From an uncultured delta proteobacterium (lineage in GTDB: Bacteria; Desulfobacterota; Desulfuromonadia; Desulfuromonadales; JACZKF01), in contig CAWFKQ010000005.1 of the NCBI GenBank assembly GCA_963816395.1, positions 1 to 64,000 of the forward strand: a stretch of DNA of 64,000 nt, given 5' to 3'. A model generated the notes under the pieces. It did not search any database, had not been told where the DNA came from, and saw nothing but the letters and a program-made list of their open reading frames with translations. A program made the translations under genes and the position numbers. Below, one piece after another: positions 40,573 through 51,110 of this stretch. Position 1 is the first letter of the stretch; every line of letters begins with the position of its first letter.

Positions 40573-42489
40573 ATGGAACTGGTGCGGATCGAACTGCCGG
40601 ATGGTGCCAGCCGTGAATTTGCTGCGGGCATCACGCCGCGGGAGATTGCCCACACTCTAGGCGAGCGCCTGGCAAAGCAGGCGGTCGCCGCCCGTGTTGA
40701 CGGTGGTGTGGTCGATCTTGCCGCGCCCATCAACAATGATTGCCGACTTGAACTTGTCACCCTCCGTTCTCCGGAGGGTCTCAAAATCTACCGTCACTCC
40801 TCTGCCCATTTGCTGGCGCATGCGGTCAAATCCCTGTTTGGGCGAGAGGTCCAAGTGACCATCGGTCCCGCCATTGAGAACGGCTTCTATTACGACTTTT
40901 ACAGTGATCGACATATCTTTTCCCCCGAGGAATTTGATCGCATTGAGGCCAGGATGGCAGAACTGGCCGTTGCCGACCTGCCGATCACCCGTGAAGTCAT
41001 AAGCCGCGACAGCGCCATTGCTCTATTCAGGGAGATGGGCGAAACCTACAAAGTGCAGCTCATCGAGGACCTGCCCGACGAAATGGTCTCTCTCTATCGG
41101 CAGGGGGATTTCGTCGACCTCTGTCGTGGGCCGCATCTCCCCTCCACCAGTTGGATCAAAGCCTTTAAGCTGACCAGCGTAGCCGGGGCCTATTGGCGGG
41201 GTGATGAGCACAATGCCATGCTGCAGCGGATCTACGCCACCGCTTTTCCAGACCGCAAGGAGATGAAGGCCTATCTGGACAGACTGGAGGAGGCGAGAAA
41301 GCGCGATCACCGCAAACTCGGCCGCGAATTGGACCTGTTCTCTTTCAGTGAGGAAGCTGGTGCCGGTCTGGTCATCTGGCACCCTAAAGGGGCGCTGCTG
41401 CGTACCCTGCTTGAGGATTTCGAGCGGCGGGAACATCTGAAGCGCGGCTATGACCTCGTCATGGGCCCGCAAATCCTGCGCACCGAGCTGTGGAAAACCT
41501 CCGGGCATTATGAAAATTACCGGGAGAACATGTATTTCACCGAGGTGGAGGAGCAGAGCTACGGCATCAAGCCGATGAACTGCCTTGCCCACATGCTGAT
41601 CTACAAGTCCCGGATGCGCTCCTATCGTGAGTTGCCCTTGCGCTTATTTGAGCTCGGCACCGTGCATCGCCACGAAAAATCAGGGGTACTGCACGGCTTG
41701 TTGCGGGTTCGCGGTTTTACCCAGGACGACGCGCATATCCTCTGTACCCCCGAGCAGCTGGACGGGGAGATTCAGGGAGTCCTGCGTTTCGTCCAGGACG
41801 TCATGGCGATCTTCGGTTTTTCCTATGAGCTGGAGATCTCCACCCGACCGGAGAAATCAATCGGCAGCGATCAGGATTGGGAGCGGGCGACCAGTGCCTT
41901 GATGGATGCTTTGGAAAAGTCGGGCCTGCCGTTTGAAATAAACGAGGGGGACGGCGCTTTCTATGGTCCAAAGATCGATATCAAACTCAAGGACGCTCTT
42001 GACAGAAAATGGCAGTGTGCTACAATCCAGTGCGATTTTACCCTGCCTGAACGTTTTGATCTCACATACGTGGGGAGCGACGGGGAGAAACACCGCCCGG
42101 TCATGTTGCATCGGGTCATCCTCGGGGCAATCGAACGCTTCGTGGGCGTTTTGATCGAGCATTTCGCCGGTAACTTCCCCCTCTGGATCTCGCCGGTACA
42201 GGCCATCGTCCTCAATGTCACCGACAATCAGGCCGAGTTCGCGGAAGAGGTGTTTCAGCTCCTCCGGTCGGATGGGATACGGGTCCAGAAGGACCTGCGG
42301 AACGAGAAGCTTGGCTTCAAAATCCGCGAGGCTCAGATGGAAAAGATCCCCTATATGCTCGTGATCGGCGATCGGGAAAAGGAGAGCGGCACCGTTTCTC
42401 CGCGCCACCGGTCGGGAAAGAGCCTTGACGGCATGACGCCTGCCGATTTCGTCCGGTTCGTTCAGGACGAATGCAGGCAATACCATTAG
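40573..42489 (+). CDS. thrS: Threonyl-tRNA synthetase
   Basis: TGS domain, [35 protein letters not shown]. Confidence 0.97.
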   Translation: MELVRIELPDGASREFAAGITPREIAHTLGERLAKQAVAARVDGGVVDLAAPINNDCRLELVTLRSPEGLKIYRHSSAHLLAHAVKSLFGREVQVTIGPAIENGFYYDFYSDRHIFSPEEFDRIEARMAELAVADLPITREVISRDSAIALFREMGETYKVQLIEDLPDEMVSLYRQGDFVDLCRGPHLPSTSWIKAFKLTSVAGAYWRGDEHNAMLQRIYATAFPDRKEMKAYLDRLEEARKRDHRKLGRELDLFSFSEEAGAGLVIWHPKGALLRTLLEDFERREHLKRGYDLVMGPQILRTELWKTSGHYENYRENMYFTEVEEQSYGIKPMNCLAHMLIYKSRMRSYRELPLRLFELGTVHRHEKSGVLHGLLRVRGFTQDDAHILCTPEQLDGEIQGVLRFVQDVMAIFGFSYELEISTRPEKSIGSDQDWERATSALMDALEKSGLPFEINEGDGAFYGPKIDIKLKDALDRKWQCATIQCDFTLPERFDLTYVGSDGEKHRPVMLHRVILGAIERFVGVLIEHFAGNFPLWISPVQAIVLNVTDNQAEFAEEVFQLLRSDGIRVQKDLRNEKLGFKIREAQMEKIPYMLVIGDREKESGTVSPRHRSGKSLDGMTPADFVRFVQDECRQYH

Positions 42490-42500
42490 GAGGTGCCCCC

Positions 42501-43019
42501 ATAGCTAAGCCAGAAGCCACCAATATCAACCGGGCCATTCGCGCCCGGGAAGTCCGCGTCGTTGATGATGAGGGCAACCAGCTCGGCGTCCTGAGTCTAG
42601 CCGAGGCCTTAGCCGCCGCCGAAGAACGCGGTCTGGACCTTGTTGAAGTCTCCCCCAACGCCGATCCCCCCGTCTGCCGAATCATGGATTATGGTAAGTA
42701 CAAGTACCAGACGAGCAAGCGGACAGCCGAAGCGAAGAAAAAGACGGCTCGGGTAGAGATCAAAGAAGTCAAGATGCGCCCCAAGACCGAGGAGCACGAT
42801 TTCCAGGTCAAGATAAGAAATGCGCGCCGCTTCCTCGAAGAGGGGAATAAGGTCAAGGTGACAATCATGTTTCGGGGGCGGGAAGTGACCCATCCCGAAT
42901 TCGGCCACCGCCTGATGACGCGGGTAGGGGAAGAGCTCAAGGACATCGGACAGGTCGAATCGCATCCGGGGATGTTCGGGCGCTTCATGACCATGGTGGT
43001 GGCGCCACTGAAGAAATAA
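42501..43019 (+). CDS. infC: Translation initiation factor IF-3 (ATA start)
   Basis: [38 protein letters not shown] lies 7 nt before an in-frame ATA. Confidence 0.95.
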   Translation: MAKPEATNINRAIRAREVRVVDDEGNQLGVLSLAEALAAAEERGLDLVEVSPNADPPVCRIMDYGKYKYQTSKRTAEAKKKTARVEIKEVKMRPKTEEHDFQVKIRNARRFLEEGNKVKVTIMFRGREVTHPEFGHRLMTRVGEELKDIGQVESHPGMFGRFMTMVVAPLKK

Positions 43020-43122
43020 CCGGTTCGCTCGGCAGGCAGATGGGCTGATCGGTGAAAGGAAACTTTTCGCCGACTGCCCGCTAACCCTGGCCGGCAATCT
43101 TTTTTATCGAAGGAGATGGGTG

Positions 43123-43320
43123 ATGCCCAAAATCAAGACTCATCGCGGAGCCGCTAAGCGCTTCCGCAAGACCGGGACCGGAAAGATACGCCGCAACAAG
43201 GCCTTCACCAGCCACATCCTGACTAAGAAGACAACCAAACGCAAGCGCAACCTGCGCCACAGCACGATTGTCAGTAAAGTGGATGAAAAGAATATCAGCC
43301 GCCTGATTCCCTATCTTTAG
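43123..43320 (+). CDS. rpmI: 50S ribosomal protein L35
   Basis: [14 protein letters not shown]. Confidence 0.97.
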   Translation: MPKIKTHRGAAKRFRKTGTGKIRRNKAFTSHILTKKTTKRKRNLRHSTIVSKVDEKNISRLIPYL

Positions 43321-43425
43321 GTAGATCAGGAGGGCTCGGCTTCAAGTCCGTGAACTGAGGGGTATGGTCTCCCCCTTCAGATCCGGCAGCGGGACTCCCG
43401 CCAATGACGCAAGAAGGAGCAGAAA

Positions 43426-43782
43426 ATGCCGAGAGCAAAACGTGGATTTAAAGCGAGACGCCGCAGAAACAAGGTACTCAAACTGGCCAAGGGCTTCCGT
43501 GGGGCGCGCGGGAAACTATTTCGTAGCGCCACCGAGGCGGTCGATCGGGCACTCAACTATGCCTTTCGTGACCGCCGTGTTAAAAAGCGCGATTTCCGGG
43601 CTCTCTGGATTACCCGGATCAATGCCGCCGCCCGGGACAACGGTCTTTCCTACAGCCGCCTGGTGCATGGCCTGAAAATGGCTGAAATCGGTCTCGATCG
43701 CAAGATTCTAGCTCAGCTTGCGGTTTCCGATCCCCAGGGATTCAGTGCTGTGGTGGATAAAGCCAGGGCCAAGCTCCAGTAG
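43426..43782 (+). CDS. rplT: 50S ribosomal protein L20
   Basis: [23 protein letters not shown]. Confidence 0.97.
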   Translation: MPRAKRGFKARRRRNKVLKLAKGFRGARGKLFRSATEAVDRALNYAFRDRRVKKRDFRALWITRINAAARDNGLSYSRLVHGLKMAEIGLDRKILAQLAVSDPQGFSAVVDKARAKLQ

Positions 43783-43790
43783 ACGAAGAG

Positions 43791-43822
43791 GAGAGATGGG
43801 GGCTTCCCCATCTCTCTTTTTT
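43791..43822 (+). terminator. Intrinsic terminator after rplT
   Basis: GAGAGATGGGG-GCTT-CCCCATCTCTC-TTTTTT. Confidence 0.88.
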
Positions 43823-43893
43823 CTGGGGCGCAGTCCGCGATGGAAGCCTGTCGGCTTCCATTCTTTATTTCTACTCTGATGAGTCGGATGATG

Positions 43894-44913
43894 ATGAAGG
43901 AACAACTGGAACGTATGCTGCTGGAAGCCCGCTCCGCCCTGGCCGCGGCCGGATCGGAGGCGGCACTGCAGGAAGTGCGCGTTCGATTCCTCGGCCGGAA
44001 GGGGGAATTGACGGCCATCATGAAGCAAATGGGGCGGTTAACCGAAGATGAACGACCGGTCATCGGTGCCTTCGCCAACCAGGTGAAAAGAGAATTGGAG
44101 AGCGGCTTCGATGCCCGCGCAAGGGAATTGGGAGAGGCCGAAATCGCGCGCCGATTAGCCAGCGAACGGATCGATGTAAGTCTGCCGGGGCGCCGTGACT
44201 TTGCCGGTTCCAAGCATCCGATCACCCTGGTGGCTGAAGAGATCGCGGAGATTTTTGCTTCCCTCGGCTTCGGGGTCGAGGAAGGGCCGGAAGTTGAGAA
44301 AGATTTTTATAACTTCGAGGCACTCAATATCCCTAAAGATCATCCAGCCCGCGACATGCAGGATACCTTTTACATCTCGGATGAGGTGGTGCTGCGCACC
44401 CACACCTCGCCGGTGCAGATTCGCACCATGCTCCAGCACGCTCCACCGGTGCGGGTGATTGCCCCCGGTACGGTTTACCGGCGCGACTCCGACCTGACCC
44501 ATTCACCTATGTTCCACCAGATCGAGGGCTTCCTGGTCGACCGGGGGATTACATTCAGCGACCTCAAGGGAACGCTGACTGCTTTTGTTACGCAATATTT
44601 CGGCCGCCAGGTCGGCGTTCGTTTCCGCCCCTCCTTCTTTCCCTTTACCGAACCGAGCGCTGAGGTTGACATCCAGTGCGTCATCTGCCGCGGAAAAGGA
44701 TGCCGGGTCTGCAAGAATTCCGGCTGGTTGGAGATTCTCGGCAGCGGGATGATCGATCCGGAGGTATTCAAGGCCGTCCGTTACGATCCCGAGGTCTACA
44801 CCGGCTTTGCTTTCGGGATGGGGTTGGAACGTGTCGCCATGCTGAAATACGGGGTCAATGACCTGCGCCTTTTCTTTGAAAACGATCTACGCTTTCTGCA
44901 ACAATTCCGATGA
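43894..44913 (+). CDS. pheS: Phenylalanyl-tRNA synthetase alpha
   Basis: [36 protein letters not shown]. Confidence 0.97.
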   Translation: MKEQLERMLLEARSALAAAGSEAALQEVRVRFLGRKGELTAIMKQMGRLTEDERPVIGAFANQVKRELESGFDARARELGEAEIARRLASERIDVSLPGRRDFAGSKHPITLVAEEIAEIFASLGFGVEEGPEVEKDFYNFEALNIPKDHPARDMQDTFYISDEVVLRTHTSPVQIRTMLQHAPPVRVIAPGTVYRRDSDLTHSPMFHQIEGFLVDRGITFSDLKGTLTAFVTQYFGRQVGVRFRPSFFPFTEPSAEVDIQCVICRGKGCRVCKNSGWLEILGSGMIDPEVFKAVRYDPEVYTGFAFGMGLERVAMLKYGVNDLRLFFENDLRFLQQFR

Positions 44914-44972
44914 GAAACTTCCCAAATAAATTAAGCTTTTGCATGTGATTTGCTGCCAAAGGACTTGAGGAA

Positions 44973-47387
44973 ATGATCGTTACCCTTAACTGGCTCAAGG
45001 AATTCGTCGATTTCGATCTGCCCGCTGAAGAACTGGCTCACCGCCTGACCATGGCTGGCCTGGAGGTCGATGCCATGGAGAGGCTCGGCGAAGGTTTGGA
45101 TGGTGTAATTGTCGCTCGCCTCCAGGCCGTCGAGCCGCATCCCGAAGCAGATCGTCTGACCCTTTGCCAGGTAGATACCGGCCGTGAAATGCTGCAGATC
45201 GTCTGTGGTGCCCGAAACCACAAGGCTGGCGACCTGGTTGCTCTGGCCCAGGTAGGGACCATTCTTCCCGGCGAGTTCAAAATAAGGAAGAGCAAAATTC
45301 GCGGCCGCGAGTCGGTGGGCATGCTCTGCTCGGAGAAGGAGCTCGGGTTGGCTGAGGAATCCGCGGGGATTATGATACTGCCTGCCGGACTGCCCTTGGG
45401 AGAGCCGGTATTCGCCGCCTTGGGGCTCAAGGACGTGCGTTTCGAACTCGGCCTGACCCCGAACCGCGCCGACTGTTTGAGCGTTCTCGGTGTGGCCCGG
45501 GAGGTGGCGGCCATGGTCGGCCAGCCACTCCGCCTGCCCGCAGCCCGCGTGGAGGAAACCGGAGAAGCAATTTCCGGGCTGACCTCGGTTGTGGTTGAGG
45601 AACCTGGCCTCTGCCCGCGCTATGCAGCCCGCCTTATCCGTGGGGTGAAGGTCGCTCCGTCCCCGGCCTGGCTGGTTCGCCGCCTGGAGATGGTCGGACT
45701 GCGTTCGATCAACAATGTTGTGGACGTGACCAACCTGGTTCTGGTGGAATTGGGGCATCCTCTGCATGCCTTCGATTTTCGTCTCCTGCGTGGTGGTCGG
45801 ATTGTCGTCCGGCGCGCCGGCGATAAAGAGATCTTCACCACGCTCGACAGCCAGCCGCGTCAACTGCTGAACAGCGATCTGACCATCTGCGACGGGGAAG
45901 GGGCGGTTGCCCTGGCCGGCATCATGGGCGGGGAGAATTCGGAGATCCGTCCGGAAACGACCGACATCCTGTTGGAGAGCGCTTATTTCAATCCGACCGC
46001 TATCCGCCGTACCAGCAAGCGCCTTGGCATTCATACCGAGTCATCCCATCGGTTCGAACGCGGCGCTGATATCGATATGGTGCCGGTTGCTCTTGACCGG
46101 GCTGCTGAGCTTATTCTGGAACTGGCTGGCGGCAGCGTTGCGCCGGGGCGAATTGATGTCTATCCCGTGCCGATGCCTCAGCGCCGGCTGACCATGACCG
46201 TCCGGCGCACCGAAGACGTCCTCGGCCTGCATCTCGATTCTCTTGAAATCCAGCGCCTGCTGCGCGGCATCGGTCTTACCGTTGAGGCGACCGCCGACCG
46301 TGACGTCGCGGCTCTTTACGTTACCGTCCCGGCTTTCCGCCATGACCTGGAGCGCGAAATCGATCTGATTGAAGAGGTGGCCCGCCTCAATGGCTATGAC
46401 CGGATTCCAGTGACAATGCCGGTCAGCCGAGCGCTGTGCCATCGAACTCCGGAAAAACAGCGACTGGTGAGGCAAACGCGTGACCTGATGGCGGCCGCTG
46501 GTTTCGCCGAGGTAATCAACTATTCCTTTGTTTCTCCCTCGATCCTTGATCGCCTAGGACTTTCCGCCGGAGATTCACGCCGGCAGACGGTACGGATCCT
46601 GAATCCTTTGACCGAGGAACAGTCGGTCATGCGCACCACCCTGGTTGGCAGTCTGCTGGAGACGGTCACGCGCAACCTCGCTTACCGGTCGCGTGACCTG
46701 CGCCTGTTTGAGGTGCGGCCGGTTTTCCGGCCCCGTTTGGATGAGGAATTGCCTGCTGAAAAGAAGGCTTTGACTGCCGTGCTGTGTGGACGGCGGGAAC
46801 CCGAGGGGTGGGCTCAGGCGAGGGAAAACGTTGACTTCTACGACCTGAAGGGGGTGACGGAAATGATCCTGGAATATCTGCATATCGACAGATGTTCCTG
46901 GGAAGCCGATTCGCCGGAGCCATTTCTGCACCCGGGAAAATCCTGTACCCTGCGGCGGGGAGGGGTAACCCTGGGAACGCTCGGAGAGGTTCATCCGAAT
47001 ATATTGGCAAATTTCGAAATCGACCTGCCGGTTTTTCTTCTTGACCTGGATCTGGAAGCATTAGCGGTCGTTGCAGGCGCTTACGGCGGCTTCCGGCCAT
47101 TATCCCGCTATCCCGATGTCTATCGCGACAGCGCCTTTCTCCTGGATGAGGGAATCTCCGCCCGACAGGTATTTGAGGTGTTGGATAGGGCAAAAGGCCG
47201 GAATGCAGAAGACATCAATCTATTCGATCTCTATCGTGGCAAGGGAATTCCCGAGGGGAAAAAGAGCCTGGCGATCCGGGTCCGCTATCGCAGCCCGGAA
47301 AAGACATTGACCGATGAAGAGATCAATCTCGCCCATGGGAAACTGGTCGATGCTCTCTGCCGGGAACTGGGGGCGGAGATAAGGTAA
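44973..47387 (+). CDS. pheT: Phenylalanyl-tRNA synthetase beta
   Basis: HP.ADRL, IVCGA.N, LTPNRADCLS, RFERG, DLIEEVAR, FDX-ACB domain. Confidence 0.97.
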   Translation: MIVTLNWLKEFVDFDLPAEELAHRLTMAGLEVDAMERLGEGLDGVIVARLQAVEPHPEADRLTLCQVDTGREMLQIVCGARNHKAGDLVALAQVGTILPGEFKIRKSKIRGRESVGMLCSEKELGLAEESAGIMILPAGLPLGEPVFAALGLKDVRFELGLTPNRADCLSVLGVAREVAAMVGQPLRLPAARVEETGEAISGLTSVVVEEPGLCPRYAARLIRGVKVAPSPAWLVRRLEMVGLRSINNVVDVTNLVLVELGHPLHAFDFRLLRGGRIVVRRAGDKEIFTTLDSQPRQLLNSDLTICDGEGAVALAGIMGGENSEIRPETTDILLESAYFNPTAIRRTSKRLGIHTESSHRFERGADIDMVPVALDRAAELILELAGGSVAPGRIDVYPVPMPQRRLTMTVRRTEDVLGLHLDSLEIQRLLRGIGLTVEATADRDVAALYVTVPAFRHDLEREIDLIEEVARLNGYDRIPVTMPVSRALCHRTPEKQRLVRQTRDLMAAAGFAEVINYSFVSPSILDRLGLSAGDSRRQTVRILNPLTEEQSVMRTTLVGSLLETVTRNLAYRSRDLRLFEVRPVFRPRLDEELPAEKKALTAVLCGRREPEGWAQARENVDFYDLKGVTEMILEYLHIDRCSWEADSPEPFLHPGKSCTLRRGGVTLGTLGEVHPNILANFEIDLPVFLLDLDLEALAVVAGAYGGFRPLSRYPDVYRDSAFLLDEGISARQVFEVLDRAKGRNAEDINLFDLYRGKGIPEGKKSLAIRVRYRSPEKTLTDEEINLAHGKLVDALCRELGAEIR

Positions 47388-47390
47388 AAA

Positions 47391-47425
47391 AATCAGTTGA
47401 TTACCGTTTGTTGGTGTGATATAAA
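47391..47425 (+). promoter_or_regulatory. Putative ihfA promoter overlapped by an IHF consensus site
   Basis: TTGATT(47397)-N17-TATAAA(47420) with extended TG. AATCAGTTGATTA (47391-47403) fits WATCARNNNNTTR. Confidence 0.6.
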
Positions 47426-47468
47426 AACCCGGAAATTCAGGGACCTGTGCAATCAGAGTGGAGGTGTT

Positions 47469-47750
47469 ATGACCAAAGCGGACCTTATCGAGAACGTTTA
47501 TCTGAAAACAGGGTTTTCCAAAAAGGAATCCGCTGAGATCGTCGAGATGGTTTTCGACCTGATTAAATCGACTCTGGAGAGCGGTGAAAAAATCAAAATT
47601 GCCGGCTTCGGCAACTTTGTGGTGAAGGACAAATCAACCCGCCGGGGCCGCAATCCGCAAACAGGGGAAGAGATCGAGATTTCTTCTCGGCGCATTCTGA
47701 CCTTCAAGCCAAGCCAGGTTCTGAAGGCCTCCATCAACGGCGGTGAGTAA
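47469..47750 (+). CDS. ihfA: Integration host factor alpha
   Basis: MTKADL, GFGNF, GRNPQTGEEI, position after pheT. Confidence 0.95.
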   Translation: MTKADLIENVYLKTGFSKKESAEIVEMVFDLIKSTLESGEKIKIAGFGNFVVKDKSTRRGRNPQTGEEIEISSRRILTFKPSQVLKASINGGE

Positions 47751-47771
47751 TTCCGCTATTTCGGGCAGGCC

Positions 47772-48128
47772 ATGAATTGCCAGCTTCCCGATAAGCTCTA
47801 CTTCAAGATAGGCGAAGTTACCGAACTGACCGGAGTAAAACCGCACGTCTTGCGCTATTGGGAATCGGAATTCGGTTCATTCCGCCCCGGCAAGAGCAGG
47901 AATCAGCAGCGGCTTTACCGTCAGAAGGATGTCGAACTGGTTTTCCGGCTCAAGGATCTCCTTTATAACCAGGGATATACTATCGCCGGGGCGAAGAAAA
48001 AGTTGCGCCAACGGACGGTGGAAGGGGAATCACAGTCCGTCCCGCCCCTACCTGATAAACGGGCTCTTCTTGACGAAATCCTGGGCGACCTGCGCCGGTT
48101 ACGCCAGTCTCTGGAGACCGGTCCCTAA
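47772..48128 (+). CDS. MerR-family transcriptional regulator
   Basis: KLYFKIGEV..L.GV..HVLRYWE, conserved position after ihfA. Confidence 0.9.
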   Translation: MNCQLPDKLYFKIGEVTELTGVKPHVLRYWESEFGSFRPGKSRNQQRLYRQKDVELVFRLKDLLYNQGYTIAGAKKKLRQRTVEGESQSVPPLPDKRALLDEILGDLRRLRQSLETGP

Positions 48129-48155
48129 GATTCCAGTTCCCGCCTCGAGGATTCT

Positions 48156-48926
48156 TTGCTTATTCTGGTCACCAATGACGACGGCATCAGCTCGCCCGGC
48201 ATCATGGCCCTGGCGGAAAGCATGTCCGCTTTCGGCCAGGTCGTCGTCGTTGCACCGGACCGTGAGCGAAGTGCCGTTGGCCATTCCCTGACCCTGCATT
48301 CACCCCTTCGCGCCGACCTGGTCGGCCCTGACCGCTTTGCCGTCGACGGCACCCCGACCGATTGTGTCAACCTTGGCATTCACGGATTGCTCAGCAAACG
48401 ACCTGCCTTGGTCGTGTCGGGGATCAACAAGGGGGGGAATATGGGAGATGATGTCACTTATTCTGGTACCGTCTCCGCCGCCATGGAAGCAACCCTTATG
48501 GGGGTTCCCGCCTTCGCGCTTTCCCTGGAAGCGGCCTCCTTCCATTCTGACGATTTCCGCACGGCCGCTTCTTTCGCTGCCGACCTCGCGCAGCTAGTCC
48601 TTGAGCGGGGATTGCCTCCTGATACTTTTCTTAATGTCAACGTGCCCGCCGGCACACCCCGGGGGGTTCGGCTGACCCGGCAGGGAAGGCGCCGGTACGG
48701 AGACGTTGTCGTTGAAAAAGTCGATCCTCGCGGACGTAAATATTATTGGCTCGGGGCCGGTGAGCTCGATTTCCAGGACCTGCCGGGAACCGATTTCCAT
48801 GCTGTTCGCCGGGGTTTTATTTCTGTCACCCCGCTGCATCTTGATCTGACCAACACCCGTTCTTTTCAGATCCTTGCCGACTGGGGACTTGAAGATCGCT
48901 CCCCTTCCTCCGTTCCGGAACAATAA
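48156..48926 (+). CDS. surE: 5'/3'-nucleotidase SurE
   Basis: ILVTNDDG, GTPTDCV, SGIN.G.N, YSGTV.AA. Confidence 0.96.
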   Translation: MLILVTNDDGISSPGIMALAESMSAFGQVVVVAPDRERSAVGHSLTLHSPLRADLVGPDRFAVDGTPTDCVNLGIHGLLSKRPALVVSGINKGGNMGDDVTYSGTVSAAMEATLMGVPAFALSLEAASFHSDDFRTAASFAADLAQLVLERGLPPDTFLNVNVPAGTPRGVRLTRQGRRRYGDVVVEKVDPRGRKYYWLGAGELDFQDLPGTDFHAVRRGFISVTPLHLDLTNTRSFQILADWGLEDRSPSSVPEQ

Positions 48927-48935
48927 GGCAAGCTC

Positions 48936-49586
48936 ATGGATTTTGCGATTGCCCGTCGGCGGATGGTGGAGCGGCAGGTAAAACAGCAGGGGCTATCCGA
49001 CCCCCTCGTGCTGCGGGCGCTGCTCCAAGTGCCCCGTCATCTTTTCATCGAAGAAGCCCTCCGTGGTCAGGCTTACAGCGATTTTCCCCTGCCGATCGGA
49101 GAAAAACAGACCATTTCCCAGCCCTCCATGGTGGCGGTAATGACCACGGCACTGGGATTGGCGGGCGGGGAAAAGGTTCTTGAAATCGGTACTGGCTCAG
49201 GGTATCAGGCGGCGGTACTGGCCCAGATTGTCTCCCGGGTTTATTCCGTGGAACGGCACCCGGCTCTGGCTCGCCGTGCCCGGCGCATCCTCGACGAAAT
49301 CGGCTGCAATAATGTTAACATCAAGCTCTCGGACGGAACTCTCGGGTGGGAGGAAGCGGCTCCTTTTGACGCTATCATCGTCACCGCTGGTGCCCCTGAG
49401 GTGCCGCAGGGATATTTGACTCAATTGGCTCTGGGCGGCCGGCTGGTCATCCCGGTCGGTATGCGGAAAGGGCAGGTGCTCAAGCGGATTACCCGTCTCG
49501 AAATGGAAAGATACGGCGAGGAACAGCTCCTCGACTGTCGCTTCGTTCCCTTGATAGGGCAGTTCGGTTGGCGGGAGGAAGATTGA
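48936..49586 (+). CDS. pcm: Protein-L-isoaspartate O-methyltransferase
   Basis: [25 protein letters not shown]. Confidence 0.96.
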   Translation: MDFAIARRRMVERQVKQQGLSDPLVLRALLQVPRHLFIEEALRGQAYSDFPLPIGEKQTISQPSMVAVMTTALGLAGGEKVLEIGTGSGYQAAVLAQIVSRVYSVERHPALARRARRILDEIGCNNVNIKLSDGTLGWEEAAPFDAIIVTAGAPEVPQGYLTQLALGGRLVIPVGMRKGQVLKRITRLEMERYGEEQLLDCRFVPLIGQFGWREED

Positions 49587-49588
49587 GC

Positions 49589-50182
49589 ATGCGGCTGGTG
49601 CGCCGGATTTATGACTGGGTGCTGCACTGGGCGTTTACCCCTTACGGGGTGCCGGCCCTGTTTCTGCTTGCCTTCGCTGAATCTTCCTGTTTTCCGATAC
49701 CCCCCGATGTGCTGCTGCTGGCTCTTTGCCTGTCGGTTCCTGCCCAGTCCTTCCGTTTCGCCGCTGTCGCCGCACTCGGCTCCGTCCTTGGTGGAATCGC
49801 CGGTTACGGGATCGGCCTCGGATTATGGGAGATGGTTGCCGATCTCTTTTTTCATTATGTACCGGGATTCTCCCAAGATGTTTTCCATCATGTGCAGCAA
49901 CTTTTCGCCACCTATGATTTTTGGACCATTTTTACCGCCGGTTTCACTCCTATCCCCTACAAAGTTTTCACTATCGGCGCCGGCGTCTTCCACATCAACT
50001 TCATCGTCTTTGTCATCGCCTCGGCGATAAGCCGCAGCTTACGCTTCTTCCTGGTCGCCTGGCTGATCTTCCGTTTCGGTTCTCCCATGCGGAACTTCAT
50101 CGAAAAGTACTTCAATCTGCTGACCATCGCCTTCATGGTTCTCCTCTTCGGCGGGTTTTTCCTGGTCCGCTATCTCTTTTGA
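49589..50182 (+). CDS. YqaA/DedA (VTT domain) membrane protein
   Basis: AFAESS.FPIPPD, GFTPIPYKVF, SR.LRF. Confidence 0.88.
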   Translation: MRLVRRIYDWVLHWAFTPYGVPALFLLAFAESSCFPIPPDVLLLALCLSVPAQSFRFAAVAALGSVLGGIAGYGIGLGLWEMVADLFFHYVPGFSQDVFHHVQQLFATYDFWTIFTAGFTPIPYKVFTIGAGVFHINFIVFVIASAISRSLRFFLVAWLIFRFGSPMRNFIEKYFNLLTIAFMVLLFGGFFLVRYLF

Positions 50183-50283
50183 GATTCCCGCGAGGGAAAC
50201 CGCGGGGTTGACTGGGGGGGCTCATATCCGCTACCGTTACCACGGCGATTCCAACCCGGTATGCATGGCGGCTAACAGGCGAT

Positions 50284-51051
50284 ATGTCCCTGCGGTTTTC
50301 GGCCACAATCTGTTTTCTGTTTTTGCTTGCGGCATGCACCCCACGCTCTGGCGTGTATCATACCGTTCTACAGGGGCAGACTCTTTTCCGGATTAGCCGG
50401 GCGTATAACCTCGATGAGCGTTACCTGGCTCGCATCAATGGAATCGAAGACCCTTCCCGATTACGGATAGGTCAGCGGTTGTTCGTCCCCGGAGCGGATA
50501 GGGCAAAAACAGTGCCGGGCGGACTGGCCGCAGTCTCCCCGGACAATTCCGGGACTCCCGCATTTCACCCCTCTTCAGCACCATCCACGCAGAAAACTGC
50601 CGCGACAGCAAAAGTGACTTCCCTCCCTCCCTCATCACCTGTGAAAATCCCAGCGCATACTCTTGGCCGCGCAGAAGGCAAGGGAGATTTCGTATGGCCG
50701 CTCAAAGGGGAATTGATCAAAGAGTTCGGCCGTAACAACAACCAGGCCTGTAACGGGGTGGAAATCGGTGCCCCGGAGGGTACCCCCGTGCTGGCCGCGG
50801 CGGCTGGCAAAGTCACTTACAGCAGTAATGGAATCCGCGGGTATGGCAATCTCATTATCATCAAACATGAGGATTCCTTTTTCACTATTTACGGGTTCAA
50901 CAAAAAGAACCTGGTCGATGCCGGAGATTTCGTCAGCCGTGGGCAGCGCATCGCCCTTTCCGGAAGTCCTCCGGATCGGGTCGCATCATGCCTGCATTTT
51001 GAAATTCGCCAGGGGAAGGTACCGGTCAATCCGATTTTTTACTTGCCATAG
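50284..51051 (+). CDS. nlpD: LysM/M23 lipoprotein, NlpD-like
   Basis: Lipobox LAAC, LysM, WP..G, GYGNLIIIKH, LHFEIR, located upstream of rpoS. Confidence 0.88.
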   Translation: MSLRFSATICFLFLLAACTPRSGVYHTVLQGQTLFRISRAYNLDERYLARINGIEDPSRLRIGQRLFVPGADRAKTVPGGLAAVSPDNSGTPAFHPSSAPSTQKTAATAKVTSLPPSSPVKIPAHTLGRAEGKGDFVWPLKGELIKEFGRNNNQACNGVEIGAPEGTPVLAAAAGKVTYSSNGIRGYGNLIIIKHEDSFFTIYGFNKKNLVDAGDFVSRGQRIALSGSPPDRVASCLHFEIRQGKVPVNPIFYLP

Positions 51052-51110
51052 ACAGGGGTATCTCTTAGACTTGCAAAACCGTTTTATTACTCAAACTTAA
51101 GGGAAATTCG

